Source: Basidiobolus meristosporus CBS 931.73
Lineage: Eukaryota; Fungi; Basidiobolomycota
Assembly: GCA_002104905.1 (NCBI GenBank)
Contig: MCFE01000447.1
Location: 1 to 64,000 of the forward strand
DNA length: 64,000 nt
Direction of reading: 5' to 3'
Shown in pieces: positions 23,089 to 35,009 of this stretch. Numbering within the stretch: position 1 is the first letter of the stretch; every line of letters begins with the position of its first letter. The notes beneath the pieces are model-generated. The model made no database searches. It was not told where the DNA came from and worked only from the letters and a program-made list of their open reading frames with translations. The position numbers were made by a program, and so were the translations under genes.

Positions 23089-26000
23089 ATGACTTCTACC
23101 AGCAAACAAAGCAATACCAACATCTTCCCTGTAAAGGAGAGGTTTGATGGGAAGAACTACAGACTTTGGAGAATCAAGATGCAGATCCACCTTGAGGAAA
23201 GAAAGCTTTGGAACATAGTAACAGGAAAGGAAGTTGAGCCCAAAGGAACAGCAGAAGATGTGGAGAAGTTTCAAGAGAAGGAGAGAAAGGCCTTCAATGC
23301 AATATGCATCAATGTGCAAGACTCCTTCATTGGACAAATCCATGCCTCAAATACTGCCAAAGCAGCATGGGAATCCTTAGAGAAGATCTTTAGAGCAAAG
23401 TCAGTATCAAGCAAGCTTTATTTGAAACAAAAGTTCTTCAACATGAGAAAAAAGCCAGATGATGACATGCTACAACTCATTACCAGAATGGAGACACTTG
23501 CAGAAGAACTTTACAGTATTAATGCTGGTGTAGATGATGAAGAAAAGATACTCTGTCTGCTTTGCAGCCTACCAGACAAGTATGAGCCACTCATACTTTC
23601 TTTTGAAAGCAGAGAAGACAACTTGACTTTAGACTATGTCAAAGGAAGACTTCTCCATGAAGAACTCAGACGTAATGATCAAGCAGAGAAAATTGAAGAT
23701 AATGCTTTATTCAGTTCAGAAAGGCATACAGAAAAGAAGGGAAAGCAACAAAACCAAAGAAAACCTGGCTGCTGTAACTACTGTAAGAAGCCAGGACACT
23801 GGGCAAGAGAATGCAAGAAGAAACAAGCAGACGAAAAACAGAAACTAGAGCAGGCAAACCATATAACTACTGATGAACAGTTATTTGTCACTGTACAAGA
23901 GAGTGCAAGTAACCGAAGTAATGAATGGTATATTGACTCTGGAGCATCACAGCATATTTGTGGTATAAAGGATTGGTTCAGCAACTTAAAGACTATTCCC
24001 GTAAGAAAGGTTTATCTGGGAGATAACTCTGCATTGGAAGCTACCGCTAGTGGGTCTATACAACTAAATATGAGTGATAACTCAGGGGCAACAACAGCAA
24101 AACTGACTGATGTACTCTATGTACCTGGAATAGCTAAGAACCTACTCTCAGTCAGTAAAGCAACTACTCAGGGACTGAAATTTGTTTTTACTAAGCTGAG
24201 CTGCTCAATATTGAGTGAAAATGGACAAAAATTAGCTTCGGGAATCAGAGATCACAATATATACAAGTTACAATGCAAGATCATTGTACCTGAGTATGTC
24301 AACATTGCTGAAACTGATGAAACCAACTGGGAGACGTGGCATAGGAGGCTAGGACACATAGGGGAACAGAAAATGAGCCAATTGGTGAAAAATCAGCTTG
24401 TTTTGGGCCTAAAATACTCAATTCCGATCAAATGGAATCTTTGTAAGGGATGTTCATATGGCAAACAAGCTAGGCAACGTTTCAAGAGCTCAGAAGACAT
24501 TAATACCACCGAGATATTGGCTATTGTACATTCAGACATATGTGGCCCCATGAGAACACTGTCCTTTGGAGCCAAGAGATACTTTATGACGTTTATTGAT
24601 GACAAGACAAGATATACATGGGTGTACTTCCTCAAAACAAAGGATGAAGCTTTAGAGACGTTTAAGCACTTCAAGAACATGGCAGAAACACAAACTGGGT
24701 GTAAATTGAAGGTACTACAAAGTGACAATGGAGGAGAATACTGCTCAAAGGAGTTTGCAAAATACTGCTTGTCTACTGGTATACTTCAACAGACCACAGT
24801 TCCTCATACTCCACAGCAAAATGGAGTAGCAGAACGTGCAAATAGAACAATAGTAGAGATGGGAAGATCTATGCTACATGATAAGGGAATGGACTACAAG
24901 TTTTGGGCTGAATCTGTTGCTACCGCTGTATACATCAAGAACAAATGCCCAACAACAGCACTACGTGATTCTACACCCTTTGAAGCATATACAGGCAAAA
25001 AACCAGATCTCCAGAACCTCAGGATCTTTGGCAGTGATGTTTTTTATCACATCCCTGACAAAAAACGCTCAAAGTTGGAACCAAAGAGTAGAAAAGGTAT
25101 CTTTCTTGGGTATTGTGAAGATACTAAAGGGTATAGAGTGTATGATGGCAAAATTCAGAAGCTGATCAAGAGCAGGGACGTTGTATTTGAGGAGAATTCA
25201 GATCAGAAAGCCACAGAAATCATTGGCCAGCTGCCTGATGATGCAATCAACACAAATGAGGAAGATACGTACCAAATCCAGCCAGAGATGGAAGATACTT
25301 CTACCAGTTCCAGATCAGATCAGATTATCCCAGTTAGGAGATCTACCAGAATAAGAAATGCCCCTGGATCCTGGTGGCAGACATCCAATGATCATGAAGA
25401 AGCTTATCTTGCCTTATGTGCCAAACCTCAGAATCTGGAACAGGCAATGCAAGGTCCAGATGCTACTAAGTGGCAACAAGCCATGCAGGAGGAGTACCAA
25501 TCACTGATCAAGGCAAAAACGTGGGAACTGGTAGATTTACCAAATGGGAGAAAGCCAATAGGATGTAGATGGGTCTACAAGATCAAGATAACCTCAAATG
25601 GTGCCGTTGATAAGTACAAGGCTAGATTGGTAGCTAAAGGCTATTCCCAGATCCAGGGACTAGACTTTAAGGAAACATTTGCTCCAGTTGCCAAGTTTAA
25701 CTCTATTAGGACAGTTCTAGCCCTGGCAGCTGTACACAGTCTAGATCTACACCAAATGGACGTCAAAACAGCCTTTCTAAATGGGGATTTGCAAGAAACT
25801 ATATATATGGAGCAACCAGAAGGTTTTACCAATCCAAAAAGCCCCCATAAGGTGTGCAAACTTAGAAAATTGTTGTATGGGCTTAAGCAGGCACCCAGAG
25901 CATGGTATAACAAGATTGACACATATCTAGAGGAAATTGGGTTCTCTCGTAGCACTGCAGATCACAGTATATATGTGAAACAGCTCAAAAAGGGTGTGAT

Positions 26001-27006
26001 CATCCTAGTTCTTTATGTGGACGACCTAATTATAGCTACAAGTGATCAAGAGGCACTTAAACAGACAAAATCAGATCTCTTCAGCAAGTTTGAGATGAAA
26101 GATCTTGGAAAATTGAGCTATTTTCTTGGAATTGAGGTCAAATTTGACATACCTACGCAGAAAATTGTGCTGAATCAGTCTAAGTACATCAGGGACATTC
26201 TTAGACGCTTCAAAATGGAAAATTGCAAGCCTGCAGCAACCCCTATGGACAATAACCTGAAATTAAGCAAATCTCAGCCAGTTATGGATGAAAACGGCTC
26301 AGATATGGACCAAAACTTTCCCTATCAATCAATGGTCGGTAGCCTAATGTACTTGATGGTGTCTACACGTCCAGATATTGCAGTAGCAGTTGGAATAGTC
26401 AGTCAATTCATGCAGAATTATGGATCAGATCAAATTGCAGCAGTTAAGCGGATTTTCAGATATCTACAAGGTACCATAAATATGGTACTGGAATACTCTG
26501 GAGCAGCTAATAGGCAAAAATTTGATGGTTATAGTGATTCAGATTGGGGTAGAGATCTGATTGACAGACGCTCTACCACAGGCTATGTATTTCTTTATGC
26601 TGGTGCAGCTATTACTTGGAACTGCAAGAAACAACCAACTGTGGCACTATCTACAACTGAAGCCGAATATATGGCTGCATGTCAAGCAACTAAGGAGGCT
26701 ATATGGCTACAAAAATTATTCAAAGACTTAGGTTTTAATTCAGGTGAACCAACATGTATTTACAAGGATAATCAAAGTTGTATTTCATTAGCTAGAAATC
26801 CTACTAATCATGCCAGAACTAAGCACATTGATATACAGCATCACTTTGTGAGGGAAGCTGTAGAAAATAACTTAGTAGAGCTGGTTTACTGCCCAACTGA
26901 CAAAATGGTGGCAGACATATTGACAAAATCACTAGCTAGGCCACAGTTTGAGATCCTTAGAGAGAAATTGGGATTAAGAAATTATTTAGTTGAGGGGGAG
27001 TGTTGA
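23089..27006 (+). CDS. gag-pol: Copia Gag-Pol polyprotein, 1305 aa
   Basis: CNYCKKPGHWAREC, WYIDSGAS, WHRRLGH..CKGC, SDICGP/FIDDK/SDNGGEY, QMDVKTAFLNG, LYVDDL, GYSDSDW. The stop codon lies inside the 3' LTR. Confidence 0.95.
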   Translation: MTSTSKQSNTNIFPVKERFDGKNYRLWRIKMQIHLEERKLWNIVTGKEVEPKGTAEDVEKFQEKERKAFNAICINVQDSFIGQIHASNTAKAAWESLEKIFRAKSVSSKLYLKQKFFNMRKKPDDDMLQLITRMETLAEELYSINAGVDDEEKILCLLCSLPDKYEPLILSFESREDNLTLDYVKGRLLHEELRRNDQAEKIEDNALFSSERHTEKKGKQQNQRKPGCCNYCKKPGHWARECKKKQADEKQKLEQANHITTDEQLFVTVQESASNRSNEWYIDSGASQHICGIKDWFSNLKTIPVRKVYLGDNSALEATASGSIQLNMSDNSGATTAKLTDVLYVPGIAKNLLSVSKATTQGLKFVFTKLSCSILSENGQKLASGIRDHNIYKLQCKIIVPEYVNIAETDETNWETWHRRLGHIGEQKMSQLVKNQLVLGLKYSIPIKWNLCKGCSYGKQARQRFKSSEDINTTEILAIVHSDICGPMRTLSFGAKRYFMTFIDDKTRYTWVYFLKTKDEALETFKHFKNMAETQTGCKLKVLQSDNGGEYCSKEFAKYCLSTGILQQTTVPHTPQQNGVAERANRTIVEMGRSMLHDKGMDYKFWAESVATAVYIKNKCPTTALRDSTPFEAYTGKKPDLQNLRIFGSDVFYHIPDKKRSKLEPKSRKGIFLGYCEDTKGYRVYDGKIQKLIKSRDVVFEENSDQKATEIIGQLPDDAINTNEEDTYQIQPEMEDTSTSSRSDQIIPVRRSTRIRNAPGSWWQTSNDHEEAYLALCAKPQNLEQAMQGPDATKWQQAMQEEYQSLIKAKTWELVDLPNGRKPIGCRWVYKIKITSNGAVDKYKARLVAKGYSQIQGLDFKETFAPVAKFNSIRTVLALAAVHSLDLHQMDVKTAFLNGDLQETIYMEQPEGFTNPKSPHKVCKLRKLLYGLKQAPRAWYNKIDTYLEEIGFSRSTADHSIYVKQLKKGVIILVLYVDDLIIATSDQEALKQTKSDLFSKFEMKDLGKLSYFLGIEVKFDIPTQKIVLNQSKYIRDILRRFKMENCKPAATPMDNNLKLSKSQPVMDENGSDMDQNFPYQSMVGSLMYLMVSTRPDIAVAVGIVSQFMQNYGSDQIAAVKRIFRYLQGTINMVLEYSGAANRQKFDGYSDSDWGRDLIDRRSTTGYVFLYAGAAITWNCKKQPTVALSTTEAEYMAACQATKEAIWLQKLFKDLGFNSGEPTCIYKDNQSCISLARNPTNHARTKHIDIQHHFVREAVENNLVELVYCPTDKMVADILTKSLARPQFEILREKLGLRNYLVEGEC

Positions 27007-30000
27007 AATATTGGACTATTTGGTATCATTCAGCAGCTAGAAATTTACTTAACAATTCTAGGCTAGTCTTAGTCACTGTAGGACTCATTTACTGCCTGAA
27101 CTTTGCCACTTTCTCCAGATATATGATCTTATGATTATTCCCCTATAGTCAGGATCAAATTAACACTATTACCAAACATTATGTACTAACCCTGAAACTG
27201 TTACAGAATGCTCCTGAATATTGAGAAACCCTCCCTACTTAGTGTTGCAGCTGTATTACTTCTACAAAGGTATAAATACTGAGCTTCTTTATGAATAAAC
27301 AACAGTTCAACAATTATCACTATTTCTTGATAAGTTCCTTATATCCAAATCACTTCTTAAATTGCAACAGTTCCTTCAATTCCAAGATGTCTACATCCAT
27401 TGTGTAGCTTATGTATTAGATCCAGGTGAGGAACATGAGGGCAATAGGCAATAGGGCTCCCAGCAACAATTTGGTAGAGTGTTTCATCCTGTACTACAAA
27501 TTTGCTGGCCTCATCACAGATTATCTTCTTGATATCTTCATCCACCTCATTAGGAATGGCTTGGTCCTCCAAGTACTTTGGTAATAGTCTAGGCCAATCT
27601 GATTCATGCACCAAGTTGAGTTGTGCAACTTGATCTAATCTTGATAAGGCATTAGCAACTGTGTTGTTTTTTCCAGGGCAGTAGACAATCTCCAAGTCAA
27701 ATTGCTGAATGTATTCACTCCATCTTGTCATTCTTCTAGAGAGTACCTTCTAAGTAAATATATCCTTGAGGGAGGCATGATCAGTCTTCACAGTGCATTT
27801 GACTCATTCAATATAAAATCTCCATGTCTTCAAACAGTGTATTATAGCAAGCATCTCCTTCTCATGGACTGGATAGTTTTGTTCTGCTGAGTTCTGTTTC
27901 TTGGATTCAAAGGCAACAGAGTAGTCCTTTCTCTTGTGTTCTTGGCACAACACTCCACCAATAATCCGAAGCATCTGTGCACCATGTGATCTCTTTTCTG
28001 AAGCTTAAAATTCTTAAGCTTGGCAGCTTAGCAAGTTCATTCTTGAGCGTCTGGAAGGCAGTCTCACATGCTATGTCCCACTTGTAGGTATTGTCTTGAA
28101 GATATCAGTTGAAGGGGCTGCAATACTTGCAAAAGACTTGACAAATCTCCATTAATAGGAAACCATTCCAAGGAATGATCTGAGCACTGATATGTTATAG
28201 GGCTGCTTCAGATTCTTCATTACTTCCACCTTCTTAGGGTCTAAGGTTAATCCTGTGCTAGTCCCTGTTTGTCCCAGATATTCAATGTGTGCCTTGAAGA
28301 AATCACACTTGGGTAGCTTGCCATAAAGCTTGTCCACTCTTAGCTTCTTCAAGACCTTTTCAATGTGCACCAGGTGATCCTCTTCTGCCTTGCTGTATAT
28401 CAGTATATCATCTAGGTAGATTATATAGTAAACATTCTGCATCAGGGTCATAAATGTTGCAGGGGCATTGGTGAGGCCAAAACTCATGACTAAATACTTG
28501 TAATGTCCATATCTGGTCCTGAATGCTGTCTTAAGGATGTCTTCTGGCTTCATTCTAGTCTGGTTGTATCCTGACATGAGGTCAATCTGGCTGAAAATAG
28601 TGGCTCCATTGAGTTGGTCCAAGAGCTCATCAATGCAAGGTAGGGGGTACTTATTCTTGACGGTAACTGAGTTGAGGGCTTGGTAATCAATGCACATCCT
28701 AAGTGTTCCATCCTTCTTCTTCACAAAAAGTACTGGTGCTCCCCAAGGTGACTTGCTGGATCCAATATATCCTTGTTGCAGCAACTGATCTATTTGTCTC
28801 TTCATCTCTTCCTACTCCAATGGGCTCATTCTGTAAGGTGTCTTGCTCACTGGAGGGCTATCTCCTGTTTCAACAGCATGATCCACATCTCTGACTGGTA
28901 GTAGGCTTACAAGCTCTTCTGGAAACACGTCTAAATACTCCTTCAAATGAGTCTGGACCTTCTGTGGTACTGGAGTCAAGGAATCCTCCTGTGACACTGC
29001 CATGAGGAGCATCTGGGTGCCTTTTCTTAGTGCTCTACAGAACTGTGTCTTGCTAAGCTCACTCATCTCATACACATTGGAATTGACCAAGCTAATATCC
29101 AGTCTGGCAGGTAATAGCTTATAGGTCTTGTTGTTCTTCTGGATCTGAGTAGCATGGGTTCTCCAGTTGATTGATGGATTACAACAAAATAGCCAGGTTT
29201 TCCCAAGTACAAGGTCAAACTTGCAGTTCCCAAATATATAGGCCTGCAGATCTTCTTCATAGTCATTGATCTTCACCTGGACTGGCTGAGTAATATGGTT
29301 GATTATGTGAGAGTTCCCATCAGCTGTTGAGACTGAAGTTGATTTAGTGGGTTCTAAGTTGATTCCAGCTTTCAGAGCAAATTGCTCTAACATGTACTCA
29401 TGCAATGCTCCTAAGTCAATCATGGTCTTGGCTGGTACTCCATTGATTACTCCATTCAAGTATAACAGCTTTCCTGAGTTTGAGGTCATCTGGGATAGGT
29501 ATTCTGCTGTCATGTGGAAGGTGAGTTCTGAGTCTTCTTCAAGTTCATCCTCTATGTTATTATGCTTCATAGCCTCAGTACAGTTAAAGGTTCTTGATGG
29601 CTGGTGTCCATTTCTACTCTGAGGGCAGTACCTTGCAATATTTCCTTGCTGGTGGCAATTGAAGCAAAGCCCTTTCTTCTTACATTTGTCTGAGGTAGGA
29701 TTCTTCTGCATAGCATCTACTTCCATTGGCACTGCTTCTGATTGTCTTCTTTCATAGTGATTGTAACCTCTCTGATTAGTCATTGTGGGCTTCCCAACTC
29801 CAAACATAGCTGAGTCATAGTCAATGGCAATCTTGATGGCTTCTTCAATAGTCTGAGGCCTTCAATAACTGACTTCTTCACAAGTTCTTCCTTTCAACTC
29901 ATCAGTAAAATATTTAACTTGATCCAGAGGTTTCATTCCTTTCATTTGCCCAAGTAGACATCTATACTCATAGATGTACTCTTGGACCATTCCTGTTTGT

Positions 30001-30105
30001 CTGTGTGTCTTGAACTTTCTTCTTAGTAGTGTCTGTTGGTGTGGAGGCTCAAAGGCATCCTGAATGGTCAACACAAACTCATCCCAGGTAAAGAATGTAG
30101 AGCAT

Positions 30106-31476
30106 CCCTTTTGTCAGTTAAAGGGGCTACAATCCTTGCAAAGGGCTTGACAAATCACCAATAATAGGGAATTATGCAAAGGAATGATCTGAGCTCCAAT
30201 AGGTTGTGGGGCTGCTTCAGATTCTGGATGACTTCAACCTTCTTGGGGTCCAAGGTCACTCCTGTGCTAACCATTATGTGTCCCCAGTATTCAACATGTT
30301 CCTTCAAGAATGCACACTTTGCTAGCTTGCTGTACAGCTTGCTCTCTCTTACCTTCTTCAAGACTTTTTCAATGTGCACCAAGTGTTCCTCTTCTGTCTT
30401 GCTGCACATCAATATGTCATCTAGGTGAATTACCAATAACTTGTCTAAGTTTTTCTGGAAGACTGTTTGCATCAAGGTCATGTATGTTGCAAGGGCATTG
30501 GTAGGCCAAGACTCATGACTAAGTGCTTGTAATGTCCATATCTGGTCCTGAATGCTGTCTTAGGGATGTCATCTGGTCCCACCCTAATCTGGTCGTATCC
30601 TGACATAAGGTTAATCTTGCTGAATACGGTAGATCCATTGAGTTGGTCAAAAACTCATCAATCCAAGGTATGGTGTACCTATTCTTCATGGTAACTGACT
30701 TGAGGGTGTGGCAGTCAATAAACATCCTAACTCTTCTATCCTTCTTATTCACAAAGAGTACTGGTGCTCCCTAAGCTTATCTGCCAGAACTGATATATCC
30801 TTGCTCCAATAATTGATCTATTTGTCTTTTCATATCTTCCAACTCCAATGGACTCATTCTGTAAAGTGTCTTCTTCATTGGAGGGCTATCTCCTGTAGCA
30901 ATGGGATGGTCCACATCTCTGACTGGTGAAAAGGTTACCAGCTCACCTGAAAGCATGTCTGGATATTTGTTCTGGACCTTTTGGGGTGCTGGAGTAGAGG
31001 AATCCTCCTGTAATACCACCATGAGGAACATCTGGGTACCTTTCTAAGTGCTCTATAGAGCTGTGTCTTGCTAAGCTAACTTGTTTCACACACACTGAAA
31101 TTTACCTAGTTGAAATTTAATATGGCAGGTAATAGCTCATAGGTCTTGTTGTCCTTCTAGCTCTGAGTAGCATGGGTTCCTCAGTCAATTGATGGATTAC
31201 AACAAATTAGCCATGCTTTTCCTAGTACAAGGTCAAACTTGCAGTTCCCTAATATAAAGGCCTGTAGGTCTTTTCATAATCATTGATCTTTATCCTTACT
31301 GGCTGAGTAATATGGCTGATTATGTGAGAGTTCCCATCAGCTGTTGACACTGAAGTTGGTTTGGTGGGTTCTAAGTTGATCCCAGCTTTCAAAGCAAATT
31401 GCTCTGATGTGTACTCATGGAATGCTCCCAAGTCAATCCTGATTTTGGCAGGTACCACATTGATTACTCCATTCAA
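30106..31476 (-). pseudogene. Gypsy G1 PR-RT fragment
   Basis: ORFs 30155-30481, 30519-30752, 30777-31031 and 31249-31476 are homologous to G1 pol. Confidence 0.8.
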
Positions 31477-31763
31477 GACACTATGCAGAAGAATTGTACC
31501 TCAGAAGAATGTAAGAAGAAAGGACTTAGCTTTAATTGCCACCTGCAGGGACATGTTGCCAAGTACCACCCTCTGAGAAGACATAGACACCAGCCATCAA
31601 GAGCATTCAACCATATTGAAGCTCTTGAGCATAGTAACATGGGGGATGAACTTGAAAAAGACTCAGAACTCACTTTCCATATGACAGAAGAATACCTTTC
31701 TCATATGACCTCAGCTCAGGAAAGCTATTATATTTTGATGGAGAGTTCAATGAGGTACCTGCC
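31477..31763 (+). pseudogene. Gypsy G1 zinc-knuckle fragment, inverted relative to its neighbour
   Basis: [28 protein letters not shown]...[11 protein letters not shown] on the + strand. Confidence 0.75.
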
Positions 31764-31962
31764 AGGACTCTGGGGAGAATTCCTAGGTAAGGAGTGGATA
31801 CTATATTTAGTACTCACATATTCCAGGGGTTAAGAGGGAGCTTTATCCTCAAAGTTCCTTGAGTAACTTGCTTCTCCAGGGTCAATTTTGTTTATGGAGC
31901 ATGGGGAGTCACCATTGTACCATTGCTGGTTGTCACTTGTAAGGGGGTCACAGGCAAGTACC

Positions 31963-33029
31963 TTATATCATTTGGTAGCAGAGTGAGGTGTGGCTTGTGT
32001 TGCTTGAGGGGTGTTTTCCACAGAGCCCAACAATTGGCAAACCATAGGGTTCTGGGTAAGTTCCTTGAGAGGGTTGGAGAATAAGAAGAGATGCAATAAC
32101 ACAATGAAGTCTTGCTTCTTTATCTTGCAAATGTTGTTGGAGCTTGTCCTTGTTGTGTTCAACATGACGGTAGGTGCTCTTTTGAAGAGGCATACATTTA
32201 GTTGGCAGTCATCTGTTGTCAATAGCAAGTTTTTGCTTCTTCCAAGAAGTATTGAAGTTCTTCCATAGAGACTGTGGTGCAATCAAGGTGTTTTTGCACT
32301 TGGCTCATAGTTTCTACAGAGTCTGTGGTTTTTTTTGGCTTCTTTGAGTTGGACTTTGTACTGGTTCCTGAGTTGTCCTATGGTAAACTATGGTAATAGT
32401 TGTAACTCAGCAACTTGGTGGATTGAATGGGTCAACTGGCTAGTGTTTTTAATCTGCATGTGTAACATCTTTAGGATGGTTCCTTCTTGAAAGTGTGGTT
32501 TGAGATGTTTGCAAATTTCTCAGAGGAGCCCTTCAATTGGGAGTTCTACTTCTGGTGCTCTTGCGGCTTGTACCAGGTCTGTGTAAACCTCTACAACTTT
32601 AGTATCTAGTAATGGCATGTATGCAACAAAAAAGAGGGGCTCTTGAGGTCTCATGAGAGTGCAATGGCTGATTCCTTGCATCTTCTGTCTGACTGTGTTC
32701 AGTATGAATATGGGAGTCAGTGCAGTGTCCTTCTTCTTAATGATCAAGGAACCTCCTTTCAGGTGGTACACAGTCTTCTTGGGTTGTATTTCCATACTTT
32801 GTCTTGGCATGGGTAACTTGTCTTGTCCCTCTCTGAGTGTTTCTTGAATCAATGTGACTGCTCTGGCAAGGAACTCTTCATAGGTGGCTCTTGTTGCACA
32901 TTACTCCTGCAACATATCTTGCAACACTTGCAGGTTGTTCTTGTTTTCAATATCATCTTGATTCTTGCTGGTGGGAGGGGTATCACCTGTTTCAGGTGAA
33001 CTGTTACCTTTGGTGCTTTCCATTTGCAT
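31963..33029 (-). pseudogene. Extra ORF downstream of the lineage H integrase, unknown function
   Basis: About 350 codons readable mostly in one frame, with scattered stops and a frameshift near 32300. Includes listed ORFs 32520-32852 and 31963-32193. Confidence 0.4.
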
Positions 33030-35009
33030 TCTTTTGTTCTCCCTTTTAGGCAAACTTCCCTGCACATATCATTTGAACCTGTATTAACTAAAATCTCCTC
33101 TAATAAACTTTTTATGTATCTTATGCCTTCCTCTATCCTTGTCCTGATAATTGTTTTGTCCCACTTTGGTTTTAGTGATGATTGGTGGTTCATCATGAAA
33201 CAGTTACAGATGGGCTGGCGCTACATTGTTAATTGTCTTCTTGCCCAGGGTGATGGTGTACTTTGGTCTGTGGTCCAAACTAATAATGGTGCAAGGGCCA
33301 ATTCATTAGGGTGTAAATTGTGGGCAAAATTGAGGCCTGCAACGGTTTGGTTGTACCACACCTTATCACCTGGTTTGCACTTTTGTTCTGTTAGTTTCTC
33401 ATTTTTGGATAGAGGGGGAAGGGAATTGTTGACATCTTCAAATACTTTTATGTATAGGTGGGCAATAGGGTGTATCAATCTTTCTACATAGTTGTTATGT
33501 GTTGTCAAGGGGACACCTTCCAGCATCAATCCAGCTTCTTCATGCTACTGCTGCCTTTGTCCATACAGAACTTTGGTATTGTGCACATTGCTAGGAGTGT
33601 CAGTGAGAGCAGCTTGGCTCATGACTGTTGAAGTTCCCAATGAAGCATCTCTAGTGTGCAGCAACACATCTGGTTCATCCTCTTGGCTGATCTATTAGTC
33701 TGGGGATGATATGCAGCTGTAACTATCTATTTCATGGTCATCATTTTGCACATATGGGCCATGGTTTTGCTCAGGAAGGAACCATCATTGTTAGTCATGA
33801 GTATCAGAGGATGTCTGTGCTGGTAGATCAGTTGTTCTAGAAAGAATTGTGTGGTTGTCTTCTGATCTTTATTTTGGACAGCTTGGGCTTCTACCCACTT
33901 TGAGAAATGATGGTAGCAATTGTTGTGTATTGTTCTCCTTTCTTTGCTTTCATAAAGGGGCCAAAAAAGTCAATTCCTACCTGGTGGAAGGGTAGGTCAA
34001 CCAGTACTGGTGCAGTTGTTCCTATCTTCTGTCTCTAGTTAAATATTTTGCAGGTGGAGCATCTTTGTAATGTATATGTGATGTCAGTCATCAATTTTTC
34101 CAATAAACATTTTTCTTAACATCTTATTTGTTGTTAGGGGGTTAGCATGTCCTAATGACATATGTCTTTCTTGTGTGATTTCTTTGCAGGCTGTTACCAG
34201 TGGTACCTCAGCTCTGAACTGTCCTTGGAGGAACCATAATTGATATTCTGGTACTTTTAACTGACACCATTTTCTTCAAAAGTCTCTGCTCAGCATATTT
34301 GTAGCAACATGTTTAGGGTACTTCCCCCTTCTTTTGAAGCGGATTACATCCTTGCAGTCATTGCTGATGTGTACTTGGCAAACAGGATAGCAACTGAGGA
34401 AGTCTGCATCCTGGTGTTTCTTTCCAGTGCAATGAGTTATTTTGAAGTTGTATTCTTGTAGTCAGAGGGCCCAATGTGCTAGTCAACTGGTAAAGTTGTT
34501 TAGTTTTCATCAGCCAGACCAGTGATCTGTGGTCTGCTACTATCATGAATTACTGACCCTGTATGTATGCATAGAGTTGTTTAATTGAATAAACAACAGC
34601 CAGATATGCTATCTTGGTGACAGGTAGTGACAATTGTATTTGCTTAGCAAATGGCTCCCATAGCCAATTGGGTGGAATTTGCCAGGCTGGTGGTATTGTC
34701 CCAGAATGGTGCCTATATCAGTGAGACTTCCATCACAGTTAGTACAAAATCTCATATCTCAAATGGGAAAATGTAACGCTGGTAGTGACATCAAGGAATG
34801 TATCAGCTGATCAAATGCATTTATTTGAGGCTCCAATGACACAAAACACTGGCCTTTTGTGTCAATTTGTATAGGGGGGCTGCTATCATCACAAAGTTTT
34901 TGACAAAGCAGCAATAGTAGCCAGGCAATCTAAGGAATCCCAACATTGCATTGATATCCTTTGGTGTGGGTGTATCTTGAGCAGCTTTTAGGAGTAAATT
35001 AGATGGGTA

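Larger units (their letters stand above)
22684..27369 (+). mobile_element. Intact, very recent Ty1/copia element (family B)
   Basis: 369-bp LTRs (22684-23052, 27001-27369), no difference seen by eye. TSD GTTCC at 22679-22683 and 27370-27374. PBS GGTTATGAGCCCCGA 23053-23067, PPT GAGGGGGAG 26992-27000. Confidence 0.96.
17862..30105 (-). mobile_element. Decayed gypsy G1 element (3' LTR 17862-18230; 5' end missing), host to two insertions
   Basis: LTR and PPT as in 42342-42721. Integrase 22003-22617, RT 28152-28805, zinc knuckle/PR 28812-29807, gag 29862-30074. Interrupted at 18347-21743 and 22684-27369. Confidence 0.85.

Noticed and set aside
31963-33029. Calling the extra ORF an env gene
   Set aside because: No signal peptide, furin site or transmembrane segment is evident.
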